Source: Fimicolochytrium jonesii (Eukaryota). Taken from it: a stretch of DNA of 64,000 nucleotides. The stretch lies in NCBI RefSeq assembly GCF_025526975.1, contig NW_026515670.1, forward strand, positions 930,001 to 994,000, read 5' to 3'. The position numbers and the translations under genes are program-made. The notes beneath the pieces were generated by a model, which saw only the letters and a program-made list of their open reading frames with translations, ran no database searches and was not told the DNA's origin. This document shows positions 1 through 12,105 of this stretch, in pieces (the stretch's first letter is position 1; every line of letters begins with the position of its first letter).

Positions 1-304
1 GGAATTTTACTCCTCAATACAGCTGAAGGGCAACACAACAGAGAAGACGGGCACCATCACGGGACGACTAGCCCGCCACCGTCCCCTCGCCCGGCGCTCC
101 TAATACACACGGGCATACCTTCGTGCTGTGCGATCTTGTTATCGTGTCATTGGTCTTGCCTTTCAACACATTTTCCCACGCTGTGCCTGCGAAAGAATTC
201 TGCACGAATACCCAGCAGTAGGCCTTTTGCTAATAGACAGTCTCACGAAGCGGTGCTGGCCACAACGCCCGGAAAGCTGACGAGACCGTTGGAGAGGCCG
301 CACG

Positions 305-2839
305 ATGCTGCTTCTGGAAGAAACAGGCAATGTCACGCACCTCAACATCCTGCTCCTCGGCTCAGCGCATGTGGGAAAGACATCCTTACGGAGGGTCTTC
401 CTGAGAGGCTCGCATTCTAGTGGATTGGGCAAAACTCGGCATCGAGGGCCATGGCTCAGCGGATACGACCCGACTATAGAGGACTGTAACGTCATTCAGT
501 ACATACTCCCAGTGGCATCGCCTACCGGTGGATCTCTATCTGGCAGCGCTCTACCGATATCTCCTGTTGAGAGCTTAGGCTCAGGCAGCACGATCAGCAA
601 TGAGGGGGACGATGCGGATAAGGAAGTGGAAATGACAGAGGAGGATCTTTGGCAGAAGAGACGTGGCCAACGGATTGTGCTCACATTGAGCGATGTTGGA
701 GGGCATCCGTTCTATGGCACCATCTGGGCATCTGCCATAGCTGCGGCTGACGCGTTCATCCTGATCTACGACGTCGGAAACCGACAATCCTTTGAGGCCA
801 TTTTCGGATTCTACCGTCAGATCATGGAAGTGAAATGTGCGAGGCCAGCCACGCTACCGATCATGCTGCTTGGAAATATGGTGGACAATGTAACGTCGGA
901 CCCTACAAGATCGGCGCCAGACAAACGGCCTCGGCAGGTTACGAAAGATATGGGGCAAGCGTTGGCGGATCTGCTCAAAGTTACCTTCAACGAGACAACC
1001 GTGATGGCGCCGCAGTCTGTCGCCCATTGTTTTAGGCAGATTCTGATATCGGCACAGGAGCATGCTCGAGCGCTTCTAGCATCAGGGATAGTGTCGCTCG
1101 CCAATGAAGGGAAGATGGGACATGCGTACAAATCACGGCGGAATGGGTCGACAGGGTCCCTGCAGAGCAACGATAGCGGAGGACATCGTCACTCGAACCA
1201 ATCTCACAGATCAGCAACCGCTTCCACAGATCGCGTTTACGGCCAAGTTTCGCGAACCCAGGATATGGAGGCGAATAGGGGCAGGCTCAGCGCCGCTGGG
1301 AACCGAGATTCTTCCAACACCATATTGTCTGAAGGCTCAGCTATCTCAGTCACCAAGCCGTCAGGACCGCTGACCGTAGTGAATCCGACCCTCAAGTCAA
1401 TAGCGTCATCCACCCTATCGACCCGCTCGAAGACAGTAGTGGATGCGAATAAAGGCCTTGGCCCCGCGAAAGCAGACAGCATCAGATTTAGGCGCGATAT
1501 GGTATTCCGAGCCTGGCGAACGTTTCAACGAGGCGGCACAGTGAATGTCACCGGTGCGCAACCGAGAAGCGCAGGCGTTTCTCGGGAGGTGCTTCGGTCG
1601 CTTCTTACCCGGAGTGGAGGGAGCGAGACCTTCGGATCCTCCATTTCCGAACGAGCTGCATCCTCAATACGACTATCCGCGGGCCGCCAGCATGTGCAAT
1701 CACAGCTTTCCATGGACTCTTCCGCCTCGATCCCCGCATCGCAAACAATCAGTATTGCATCATCGACGTCATCACCGGAAATAGCGTCCACATCGTCTAC
1801 CCGAGCATGTGTTGAGGAGATCCCGCGTGCGCCACAAACTCACACCCTCAGTCTCTATCCCACAATACCCACCATGTCGTCTGTATCAAGCGACAGCACA
1901 ATACCCTATGCTCTGTCGCGAAAGCAGACAGATGTTTCCATGGAGAGCGGAATCGATGTAAACGAATTGGAGCATATCGCTGCTCGGCACCAGCCCACTC
2001 GACGCCCGAACCTCCGAGCCGAGCACCGAACAATATCGTTTTCAAGTGACGTCGCACAATCGGTTGGGCAGGAAGAAAGGAAAGCGACACCTCCCGGATC
2101 ACCAGCATTATCCCGAGTGGAAGGGTCGGCCGCCGCGTCTCCTGCTACGGGCAAGCAGAGGACTTTGCGATTGCAGAAGAGTCAACGGGATCTTCAGCAG
2201 TTGCTGGACGATTTGGAAGGCTTCAACTTTGAGGGAGACGAGTCGGATGACCAGAAAACGCAACCTCCCGTTGCTCCTGAGTCGTCAAATCAAGATCCTT
2301 TCAGAGTCCCGAACTCTGCACAGTTTGGAAGCACGCGCTCACATGCCCCAGGTGCTCTTCGAATCGAGGTCTCGGCTCCACATGTCGCGTCTGCATCAGA
2401 TGATGACCTGTTATCCCCGCCTGGCGATGACATCGAGCTTCCTCCCGACGTCCAATCGGAACCATGGGAAGACATCGAGCAAGAGCGGTACCATGATTCT
2501 TCTCTACCACCTCCCGCGCCTCGCCGTCCCCTGCAAGCGCCGAAGCATCTTGGACAACATGCGAATCGATCCATCTCCTCCGGCACTGCCACTCGCGAGA
2601 ACGTGAATGACACTCTCAAAGCGCAAGCCAACATGGAGCTCCTGCGCGGCATCTTGGCCGAGTTGGATGAAACGGATATGAGGAAGATTGTGGATGAGAT
2701 TGCGGCGTCAAAGCAGAAGCGGCAAGGGTCTTCGAATTCGAATGATCATCGGCATCATCAGCATGACGCTCGAGAACCGCGGGATGGCGACGGCGACTTG
2801 CCTGTGATACCGAATGTTCCCGGTGGACTGGTGGGGTGA
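305..2839 (+). CDS. Atypical Ras-family small GTPase domain (N-terminal ~250 aa) with a long Ser/Pro-rich disordered C-terminal extension, 844 aa, apparently intronless
   Basis: G1 GSAHVGKT, Ras-type effector loop YDPTIED, G3 DVGG, ADAFILIYDV strand, G4-like LGNMVD, G5-like ETTV; long open frame with no CAAX box. Confidence 0.8.
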   Translation: MLLLEETGNVTHLNILLLGSAHVGKTSLRRVFLRGSHSSGLGKTRHRGPWLSGYDPTIEDCNVIQYILPVASPTGGSLSGSALPISPVESLGSGSTISNEGDDADKEVEMTEEDLWQKRRGQRIVLTLSDVGGHPFYGTIWASAIAAADAFILIYDVGNRQSFEAIFGFYRQIMEVKCARPATLPIMLLGNMVDNVTSDPTRSAPDKRPRQVTKDMGQALADLLKVTFNETTVMAPQSVAHCFRQILISAQEHARALLASGIVSLANEGKMGHAYKSRRNGSTGSLQSNDSGGHRHSNQSHRSATASTDRVYGQVSRTQDMEANRGRLSAAGNRDSSNTILSEGSAISVTKPSGPLTVVNPTLKSIASSTLSTRSKTVVDANKGLGPAKADSIRFRRDMVFRAWRTFQRGGTVNVTGAQPRSAGVSREVLRSLLTRSGGSETFGSSISERAASSIRLSAGRQHVQSQLSMDSSASIPASQTISIASSTSSPEIASTSSTRACVEEIPRAPQTHTLSLYPTIPTMSSVSSDSTIPYALSRKQTDVSMESGIDVNELEHIAARHQPTRRPNLRAEHRTISFSSDVAQSVGQEERKATPPGSPALSRVEGSAAASPATGKQRTLRLQKSQRDLQQLLDDLEGFNFEGDESDDQKTQPPVAPESSNQDPFRVPNSAQFGSTRSHAPGALRIEVSAPHVASASDDDLLSPPGDDIELPPDVQSEPWEDIEQERYHDSSLPPPAPRRPLQAPKHLGQHANRSISSGTATRENVNDTLKAQANMELLRGILAELDETDMRKIVDEIAASKQKRQGSSNSNDHRHHQHDAREPRDGDGDLPVIPNVPGGLVG

Positions 2840-3804
2840 CGCAAGTAGTACTACGCCAACTACGGCATCCAACACCTATCGGCATCCTTCACCTCGTACC
2901 CACTCAGCCCCATGCCGCGCTCTGCGTAGTCGACACTTCTCGCTTCACAAAAAACGGAGCCCAGCAAACGACATGCCACATATCCACTCCTGTCCTAGTA
3001 TGTAGATACTCCCGTCACCTCCTCCCACCATATATTCGGGAAGGAAGTCCACCCCCTTTGTCAGCCCACTTTCTTGTGCCTCCATGGGCGGCCCAGGGCG
3101 GGACATATATACGTTCTCCCCTTGGGCAACACCATGCCTGTTTTCTGATACTTGTAAATCCTTTGTGCGTGCTTTTCTTTGTTTTCCCCTCGTGTTGAGA
3201 GCTTCTATTTCACCCTCCCTGTACAAGTTCTTTGCGTCCGTGTCCATAAATATATCGTCAGATGGTCACAGTTCATATATGTGGTCACGTCCTCGTTTGA
3301 ATCTACGACTGTCTCTCAGGTTCGTGAGACCTCCCGATCGGATATGCTGCGCCACTTGCTTACGTGAAGCGCGTTGGCGGGCGGGGAAAGCCTTTGGAGC
3401 TTGTTGACTCCAGCAGCATTGTTCTCTTTGCGCTAGCGGCTTTTCAGACGGCTGTCGGTAGACTCGGTACACGTTCGGCTCGTTCGCTCTGGATCTAAAT
3501 AATCCTAAATTCGCTTCCTCCATTTAGATCGCCAATACACTAGACCTGTCAAGTCGTGCGCCTCGCTCGTGCAAGCGATCCTTGCCCAACGCCCACTTGC
3601 TTTGGGTCGATCCCGTACCGGACAGTGCGCCATCTTTCTGCTTCTGAGCCCAAATATCTAGATCTAGTATTTTAGGGTTTGTGTACGGTTCTTCGACGCG
3701 TTCCGGGCGAGCCAACGCGGTCTGCTCTGGCGTCGACGACCAACTTCCTCGCTCATCTCCATCGCTACCACCCACATCGATATTCCCAGTGCGCAAAAGC
3801 AGCA

Positions 3805-6800
3805 ATGCCAACCGAGATCCCGCCGTCTCCCACAACGCCAACGATCTCCATCGATGCGTCATCCCCGCTTATGTCGCCGATCCCAAACAAGTCGCTGTTG
3901 TCGACGAAGGGCGTGGAGCGGCCGTTGGGGCATAGCCGGGATAACAGCGAGGATTCGATCAATACGCGCAGTGGAGGTGGGACGGCGGCGTTTTTTGGTG
4001 GTGAGTGTTGACGGCCCAGCGCATGTGTCTCCTGATGATTCGTGGCTGCAGGCGAGGGCAAATCACTCCGTATGTGTGATCTCACTCTTCGGGTTCATCA
4101 ACAGCTAACCTGTCCGCCGCCGAGCGCGACATCGAAATCAAACGCATAATTTTCACCGCAATCAATAACGGCGACACGGCCGGGTTGCGTGAATTTCTTG
4201 CAATTTATCCCGGGGCGACGGAAGTGTTACAGCTGCTGCTGACAACAACGTATCCGAACACGGATTTGTTCTATCAGCTAGATGAGGAGGTGTTGAATGA
4301 TGCGGCCGAGTTGCTGGGGCCAAGGTATGTGCCGAAACAGATTCGTTTTGGATGGCTTGGCCAGTTTCATGGACAGCATCACCCAACCGCGATACTACCT
4401 TAGCATGACACATCTGAACGCAATCCAAATCGCCTGCGTGCTCAGCGAGGAAGACATCGCGCTCGACATCCTCGATTTCGTCGCGCGCGTCACCGAGGAG
4501 ATCGAGTCCCGCAAAGTCCTCTACGAGTTCATGGGCCGGGTGTGGGGCAACGGTAACACGGTCGTGCATCTCGCCTCGTTTCAAGGGATGAGTGAGCTGG
4601 TGAAGAGATTGTTGCAGTTGGGCGCTGCGAGTCGGAAACGAAATGATAGGGGATACAGGCCGGTGGATTGTGCTGATGATCAGGTCACGACGCTGATGTT
4701 TAGTACTGTGAATGAAGGTACGGTTTTACATGTTAGAGCAGCGGATGTTGATGCCTGCCGTCGAGTAGGGGCCTCAATGAGAAGTTATGCTAAAGCTTTC
4801 TATATCGCTTAGCCGACGCAGATCGAAGTCCACCATCAATCAGCTCCCATTCCTCCCTTCTCTCGCCCCAAAACTCCAACGTCGCACTCTCGCCAATATT
4901 GGAAACATCGCCGGCGCAAGCGCATTATGGCAGCATCACAGAGTTTTTGCAATCGAGACCACGCGGATCAGAACGGCAGACGAGTTTGCCTACACTATTT
5001 CCGGACGCTAGCACGCAGGAAAGTCTGGCTGCAGCAAGCGGGGGTGATTATAAGCCGCCAGCGGTCAAAAGACAGAAGAGCTTGTCGGTGGACGGGGGAA
5101 AACTGGGTCCTCAGGTGAGTTTAGGCGTTTCCTGGACCGGTAATATATGGTACATCGCATAATTGACAGCTTTTCTTCATGGGTGATAAAGGAGTCCGCC
5201 ACAGCAAAATCCACACGCACATCCCTCCCAACGATGCCGAGTTATGAAGAATTCACTAGCTCAATCACGAATCTCGTCAAGCCCCGCAAATCCAGCATCG
5301 CCCGCACTTCTACACCCCCCAAAGACAAAAGCACCACCGCCGCGCCAAAGACCAAATCCCGCTCAGTCCGCTTCGATTACGCCACGCTGCTCCTGCATCT
5401 CTGCCAACACGCCTCGCTCTCCGACAAATCCTACCTCAAGACAATCCGCGACTGTCTGGCATCCATACCGGACCTCTCGCTCGTCAGCACCCCGCAGAAA
5501 GAACTCACACCCCTCCACCAGGCGTGCACGCACGGGCACGCGGATATCGTGCAGCTTTTGTTGGAGAGCGGACGCGCGGAGGTGAATATGCGGGATGTGG
5601 AGGGGTGGACGCCGCTGCATTGTGCTTGTGCGGAAGGACATGTGGAGATTGTGAAGCTGTTGGGGAGGTGTAGAGGGGTGGAGGAAAAGGGCCCGAAAGA
5701 TGGGGCTGACGGGTCGGGGATGGGGGACGCGAGTCCGTTCTATCCGCCAGATGGACCGATTGATTTGGTGCCGTATAATTCAGAGGGCGAGCTGCCTGAG
5801 GACATTGCGTTGGAGGAGAGGGCAGAGGAGATCCAAAATGTTTTGAACGGTAAGCGCATTCAGTCGCAGACGTCCAAATGACGATTTGCAGGCATCTGAC
5901 AACCCTTGCGATGTTCAGATCTGAAAGTCCGCTATCCACCGCCTTTGCAAGCGTCCAGATCTTCCCTAGACGTGGATGAAGAGGAGGAGGAGGAAGGGGA
6001 GGCGGAACACACCGCCGCGTCTTCATCCACAGACGGAGAGGACACAGAGAAAGACTCGTCGCCAACTCTCCCACGGATACGAAGGCCGCTGGCAGCGCCG
6101 TCCCTCCCTGCCGCGGAACCAGCGCCAATAGAACCACAGAAGCAGCCAATCCAGCCGGCGAAACCACCCAATGAAAGGCCGGTCGAGCCGCCAAAAGCAA
6201 CCGACCCAGTGCGGACACCTGCACCAACGCCTTCCCTATTACCAGCGCAGACAGCTGCTCCTCCCACATCTCCCATAGCGCGAGAATCCCGCATTCCTTT
6301 GCCCTCGTATCAGAAGACCCCAGGATCATCTACGAACTCGCTACTGGACGCATTGGGGGAAAGCGCGTCTCGCATATATGCCCCTGACAAGATACCCGAC
6401 GACGTTTCCTCGAAGCCGATACGGCCTGCAGATAAAGCCGAACCCCAGCAAGCCGTTAAACCCAGTCAGATATCTCAGCCGTTGGAACCATCAGGATCTC
6501 TCTCATCAGATCCAAAGCCGAAGATTGTGACCGAACGATCAAATGGAACGGAAACTGGACCGTCAGTGGCAAAGATCAAAGAAAAAGAGGCAGCTGTCGA
6601 GCCAAAACGACGTTCACATCCCCTCCCTTCAGAACTTCTGCGCATCGAATCCTCCCCATCCGCCCTTCCCCATCGCACTTCGCAACGATCGCCAACGCAG
6701 ACGAACAACCCCGTATCCCCAACACCGCCGAGAACCAACATCCCACCCGCACCCAATCGCGCCTACTCAGCTCCAGACGGCCTTGGCGCAGCCACTCCTT

Positions 6801-7642
6801 CCCCACCATCCACAGTCTACAGCGCCGGCAAGCCTTCTCGGCATGGTATCTCTTCCACACCATCATCACCCCTCCGTCTCAGCATCATAACCAACCGGAT
6901 GCCGTCATCACTCTCCGGTGGTGCAACGCCCCCATTACCGTCAGGTACCCAAGCGACGTCGGCGGGAGAGATGATGGTCCCGCAATCCCCGTCATCGGGA
7001 AGCCCACTGGGCATGACACCCACCCGCTCGCGCATCAAGCTCTCCCGCCGACCCTCTGTTGCACGCTCGGAATCCATGTCGGTGGATTTGCAGTTCCTGC
7101 GTGGGGAGACAGGGGCCAATTCGCCATCGTACTCGTCGCCGTTGGCAGCGACGGCATCCAGCGGGAATATATTTGCAGGCGACGGTGGTGGGGTCAGTGG
7201 GGGCGGAGGCGCGGGGTTGCCGCCGCGTTCATTGGACCTCCACCAACGTTCATCGCCATCGTTGCTCCCTACGCAACCGCACGCACCCGTCCCGCCGGTG
7301 AGCTCGCTGGTACGGCATGGCACGTTATCCGCGCCACAGAAGAAATGGTCGCAGACGCGGGTACTGCCTTCTGGGTCCCCATCGTCCGCTCAGAGTGCTA
7401 AAAGCGCAACCATGGCATCGCCAGGGTCCGCGCCGCCACCGCGGTGGAAGGCGCATAATAAAAGTGGGGATGGAGGCGGTTCGAAAGTGGCGACCGCGGC
7501 CCCGCCGCCGTTACCGTCGCTGAAGGAGCAGATGGCTGCGAAATCAGATCCGGAGCTGGATTTGGGGCTTGCGGTGGTCAGGAAAGGGAGTGTCAAGGAG
7601 CGGATCGCCGCACTGAATAAATCGAAGGAAAGCCTTCAGTAG
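3805..7642 (+). CDS. Ankyrin-repeat protein, probable PP1 regulatory subunit (MYPT/PPP1R12-16-like), 6 exons
   Basis: Exons 3805-4000, 4105-4324, 4404-4717, 4813-5114, 5192-5849, 5919-7642 join in frame at GT-AG sites. Ankyrin repeats GNTVVHLAS, LTPLHQACTHGHADIVQLLL, GWTPLHCACAEGHVEIVKLL; RSVRF motif just before the second ankyrin cluster; Pro/Ser-rich tail. Confidence 0.8.
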
Positions 7643-7968
7643 CCCGCACGTCCAAAGGATTGAGCTTTTGTCGTTCGAGAAACTGTTGCGATGTCTTTTC
7701 ATATCAATGCCGCCACGTTTGCCTTCGACCTTTCTGTTTCTTCGCCTTCCTCAAAAATCTAACCGCTCCTCTGTACACACATTTTTTTGGGTTGCTCTAT
7801 ATCTACAATAGTATGCGATTTGCGAATGCTCCGACTTCACATCACGAACCTAAACTCCTATTTACAAAACTTCACCGTTTACACTCCCTTTAATGCCTTC
7901 TCGGAACTGATACGTCTTTTTCCTGTGTTTCGTCGAAAACGCCCATCCGCAGCCACACAGAAGCTAAC

Positions 7969-10900
7969 CTACTTGGTAGCAGCACGGGCACTTCCGCCAT
8001 CTTTCAAACCGGTGACGGGTGGATTCACGTATGGATCGTTCGACCTGAAACACAGAAGCAGAACATATCAGGTTAAGCCCTCCAAATCAACTAGTCACAA
8101 AAACATGTGCAAAACATCGCCAAACATACAATTGCAGAACATCCGGCCTCCTCTCCTTCCGATACTCCAAACACCTCCTAATGAAATCCTTCGTCTCCTG
8201 CGAAACGACCGGTTTGACTGGGAACTCGAGCTTGCCGGCGTCGCGGGTGATGGTGCTTTCTTCGAGGATCGTTTGCTGGCTTTGGTTGTTGCCGAACGGT
8301 TTGGCGCCGTACAGGAGTTCGTAGAAGATGCAGCCGAGGGACCAGACGTCCACCTGCGCAGATGGTGACAAAGACCATAGAGAAGAGCATGGATATACAC
8401 TTCATCGAGAGGGCGTCGGACTGAGCCGCGACTCTTACCTTGCTGGAAATCTTAACAGGCTCCTGTCCCCGCCGACCGCCAAAGACTTCCGGCGGGAGAT
8501 ACCAATAGGTGCCAGCACCCTGGCTTGTCAGCTCAATGTCCTTAACGCCTAGAGGTGCGAATCCGGGCGTCCGGAAGCGCGGCTCAGCGTTTTCCACAAT
8601 CTTGGAGAGCCCAAAGTCCGTCAGCTTGACTTCTCCTTTGTGGTAGAGAATGTTGCCTTCAACAGTGGAAACGTTAGTCCTATACATTGAAGACACAAAA
8701 CCAGTTATCGAGACTCGCCCCAACATACCCGGCTTCAAATCATAATGAATAATCGGATTCTCCAACTCATTCAGATACTTCAACGCCCCCAAAACTTGCG
8801 TCACAATCGACCTCGCCTCCTTCTCACACACCGCCTTCACAACCTGCAAATACTCCTCGAGATCCCTGCCCTCGCACACATACTCCATAACCGTCGCAAA
8901 CGACAAATGATCATACTCAAACACATCGTACAGCCTCACGACGCGCGGGTGCACGAGTGTCTTATGAATGCGATATTCGCGGATGGAGTGCTTGATATAC
9001 GACTGCTTGCGTTCCTCGCTCCATGTTTCGTTTAGGGAATGGAGTTTGCAGGCGACGTGGCGCATGTCGATGGTGTCAAAGGCGCGGTAGACTTCGCTGA
9101 AGCCGCCTTTGCCGATGAGGTTGAGGAGGAGGTAGCGGTCGTTGAGGAGCGGGTGGCCGCTGAAGCGGGAGGCGTCTTCGTCATTGATGCGGCGCCAGGC
9201 GCGGATGTGGAGGTCGCGTTGGAGGGTGAGTTTGTCGAGTAGGACCTGTGTTTCGGTTTCTTCGCGTTTCAAGGCAGCCAGGCGTAGTTTGGCGATTTCG
9301 TCAAGTTCAAAGTATTCCCCAGATGAGATGGGTTCGAGTGGGCTTTGCGTGGTGTTGGAGGAGCTGTTGCCGGCGGCATTCGTCCGAGCATGTGGCATGG
9401 GTTTCTCCAGCGACCCACCATCTGATTTGAACCCTGACTCGGTATTATTGTTGCTCGCCTCCGCATGCAATGCCTTCGTCAATCGTAGCCGTCTAGCCAG
9501 CAACTTCCGCTTACGCTCGATATCCTCCTTCTCCCTCCCAATCCTATTGAGCTGATCATGCTGTTCTTTTAGCGCATACCCGTCCTCCCATCGTTCATGA
9601 AATCCCATGCCATGCCGGTCATACTTGATGCTCCCTAATCGCAGCAGGTGCGCATTAACCTTCTCCCGCGCTTCTCGTCCGCTTTGTGTCGCTTTTTCTC
9701 TCAGCATATCGACCAAGAGCAACCGCGCCTTGGTTAGTTGAGCGTTGGCTTGTGCTTCGATGTTGGCGATGCTCTGTTGGGCTTCCTCACGTAGCGCGCA
9801 GGTCTGGGCTTCCAGGGCGCTTCGTTCGTGCTCCAGCTCCTGGATTTGCTTTTGCAGTTCCTCCCGATCGTTGGTTGCACCTCGGAGCTGCACTTGGGTA
9901 TTTTCGTTTGTTTGGGCGAATGTGTGCAGCTGCGCCCGGAGTTCCTCCAACTCCTTGACTAATGCGTCGTTGACCTTCTCGGAAACACGAAGGGGAGCAT
10001 CGGTCAGGAATGGTGCGGAGTCCAATCCATCAGTTCCCGTACCATCATCCACCTCTCTGCTGCCAGCCCTGGAACGCTTGTTGCCGTCCTTCACGGGTGC
10101 TCGCTCAGAGCCTCCAGCGGTTTTTGAAAAGTATTCATGAATCTTCTTGGTTGAGGCTTGTGCAGACGGTTTGGCACCGGGCGACATTCCGGTCGGGGTG
10201 TGTATTAAACTCGATGCTATCTGCGCGTCCGCTCCGTTTGTCCAGACCAGCGCATTGTGTCCACCACCGTCCAAACGTTGCGACCACGACTTCGTATGCC
10301 GCGCGGGAGTTTTCAAGCCTGATGCCATCGCATCCTCATTGGACAATAACGAGTGATTCGACAAGGAGTTATTATCTGGCTTCTTCTCTTCGCCTGCGAC
10401 ATTCTGGGGAACACTCGCTCCCAACGTTGGGACTTCCTTCTTTCTCGCAGTCTGCAGCCTAGTAAATCTCCCTTTGACAGATATGGTAGTTCGGACGGAC
10501 CGATCCAGATTGCCCCATCTGATGATCTCGTCCCAGTTGTCTCCGTACATCTCGTACCCACGTAAGATGATCGCATCCTCAGCCTCTGTGAAGTGCGGCG
10601 ACTTTTTCTTCTTGGCGGGCACGCTTCCATGGTTTCCGAGACCGTCGTCTGCAGTAGTGTCTGGTTGTGGGTGCTCGGCAGCGTCGACGGATTTATGGCT
10701 GAGCGCCAAGGGGCCGACAGATGGGAGAGTATGCGAGTCATGTTTGAGTATCCCAGGCGCATCGTTGCTTCTGGTCAATTCTGGCAGACCTGATCGTCCA
10801 GTGTCGTTGACAGAGATGGCGCGACAAGATGTGCTGCAAGCCGTAACACTTTTGGACTGCGGCATTGGGGAAGGTGGTACAGAGGCCCCAGCGAGCGGTG

Positions 10901-11255
10901 AATCCGCTGACAGGGATCTCTCCTTGCCATGTCCATCATGTTCTAGGTGAACGAATAGAGGCACGACGATATCATCCTTCTCATTGGTTGTCGTCTGTTC
11001 TCCACAATGTCGTTTCCTACGTCTGTCGTCATCTGGGTCCACGTCTTGCCTTGGCCGACTTTTCAGCGTTCTTTCGTCTGCATTATGATTTGTAGCGTAC
11101 GGTTCGGCGCTCCCGGCAGCGTTGCCTTGAAGCACGGTGAGCTTTCGTTTCGCAGGGGAGCTCAGGTAGATCTCACTTTTGGACTCGATAGTGGGGATAG
11201 GGTTTGGTGATGGTGATGGCGGCCGAGAAGGTTCTTCTTCGAGGTGGGTGAGCAT
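7969..11255 (-). CDS. TLK: Tousled-like Ser/Thr kinase with N-terminal Myb/SANT domain and coiled coils, spliced
   Basis: [33 protein letters not shown] (intron 8657-8728), [25 protein letters not shown] and KISSK|VDVWSLG are TLK signatures. Last exon ...DPYVNPP...ATK* ends at 7969; start taken at ATG 11255. Confidence 0.9.
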
Positions 11256-12105
11256 CCTCGCTCGACGCTTGCGATATCGGGCGAAAGCGTGAGCAGACAC
11301 CGGCTTCACTCGCTCCCTGCAAGCGAGGCCTTGGGTGATGCGATACGGAGATTGGACCCGGAGACAGCCGCGATGGGGTATGCTTTCGTTGCCCTTCGGT
11401 AGCGACTTGCCATCCGGACACGGCGTCCTCTCGTGCGTTCGTCCGGACACGCGCAGTCGTCAGCGAACCTTCACATTCGACAGTGTGACGAAATATCCGA
11501 AACACACCCATGATCCGTCGCTCACATCTAGTAGTTCTATAATGTCCTCAGTATTGGTATCCGAGGATGCCCGATGCCCGACAGCACTCCGTCTCGCCCA
11601 TGCAAGTACTCTATCCAGAATCGTGCGATCAGTGATTTACCGTATGTGCTGATTTTGTCGGGAACATGAGTGAGCGGAGGAAGTGAAACGGTTTTGAAAC
11701 AGTGAGATCACAGCGAGGCTCTCAGGTTTTACGGCCAAGCAATCGCGTTTAAGTTATTGCGGGTGGCGGTGTCCCCGGCTTGCCATATCGCGAAAGAGAA
11801 GCTCAGAAGCCTACTGTATGCCGTAGCCGCAACGACAAATGGAGGCTTTCAGGAACTCCGCAAACCACGCATACGAAGCAGGAGGTGCAATCGAATAGTA
11901 GAAGACTCGAGACGAGACGCCTTCGATTTGTAAGTCTCGCTTATTTCAAAAGAAGTCATTTCACGCACGGTCGACCAGGAGAGCACAACTATCGGGCGTG
12001 GGAAAATCGCCATTCGAGCTCTTTTTTGTCACAGAGACCACGATCTGTTACGTGTACACGTAATAACGGCCGTTCTGGCCCATTGGGATAGCAAGCGTTG
12101 CCAAA

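Noticed and set aside
3671..3680. Telobox-like TTTAGGGTTT (and AAAACCTAACCCTAG near 56284) as interstitial telomere or Myb-TLK target
   Set aside because: One or two units only, compatible with chance; no array
11256..11450. N-terminal extension of TLK in the ORF track (start 11450)
   Set aside because: Begins at a non-ATG codon; the first in-frame ATG is at 11255
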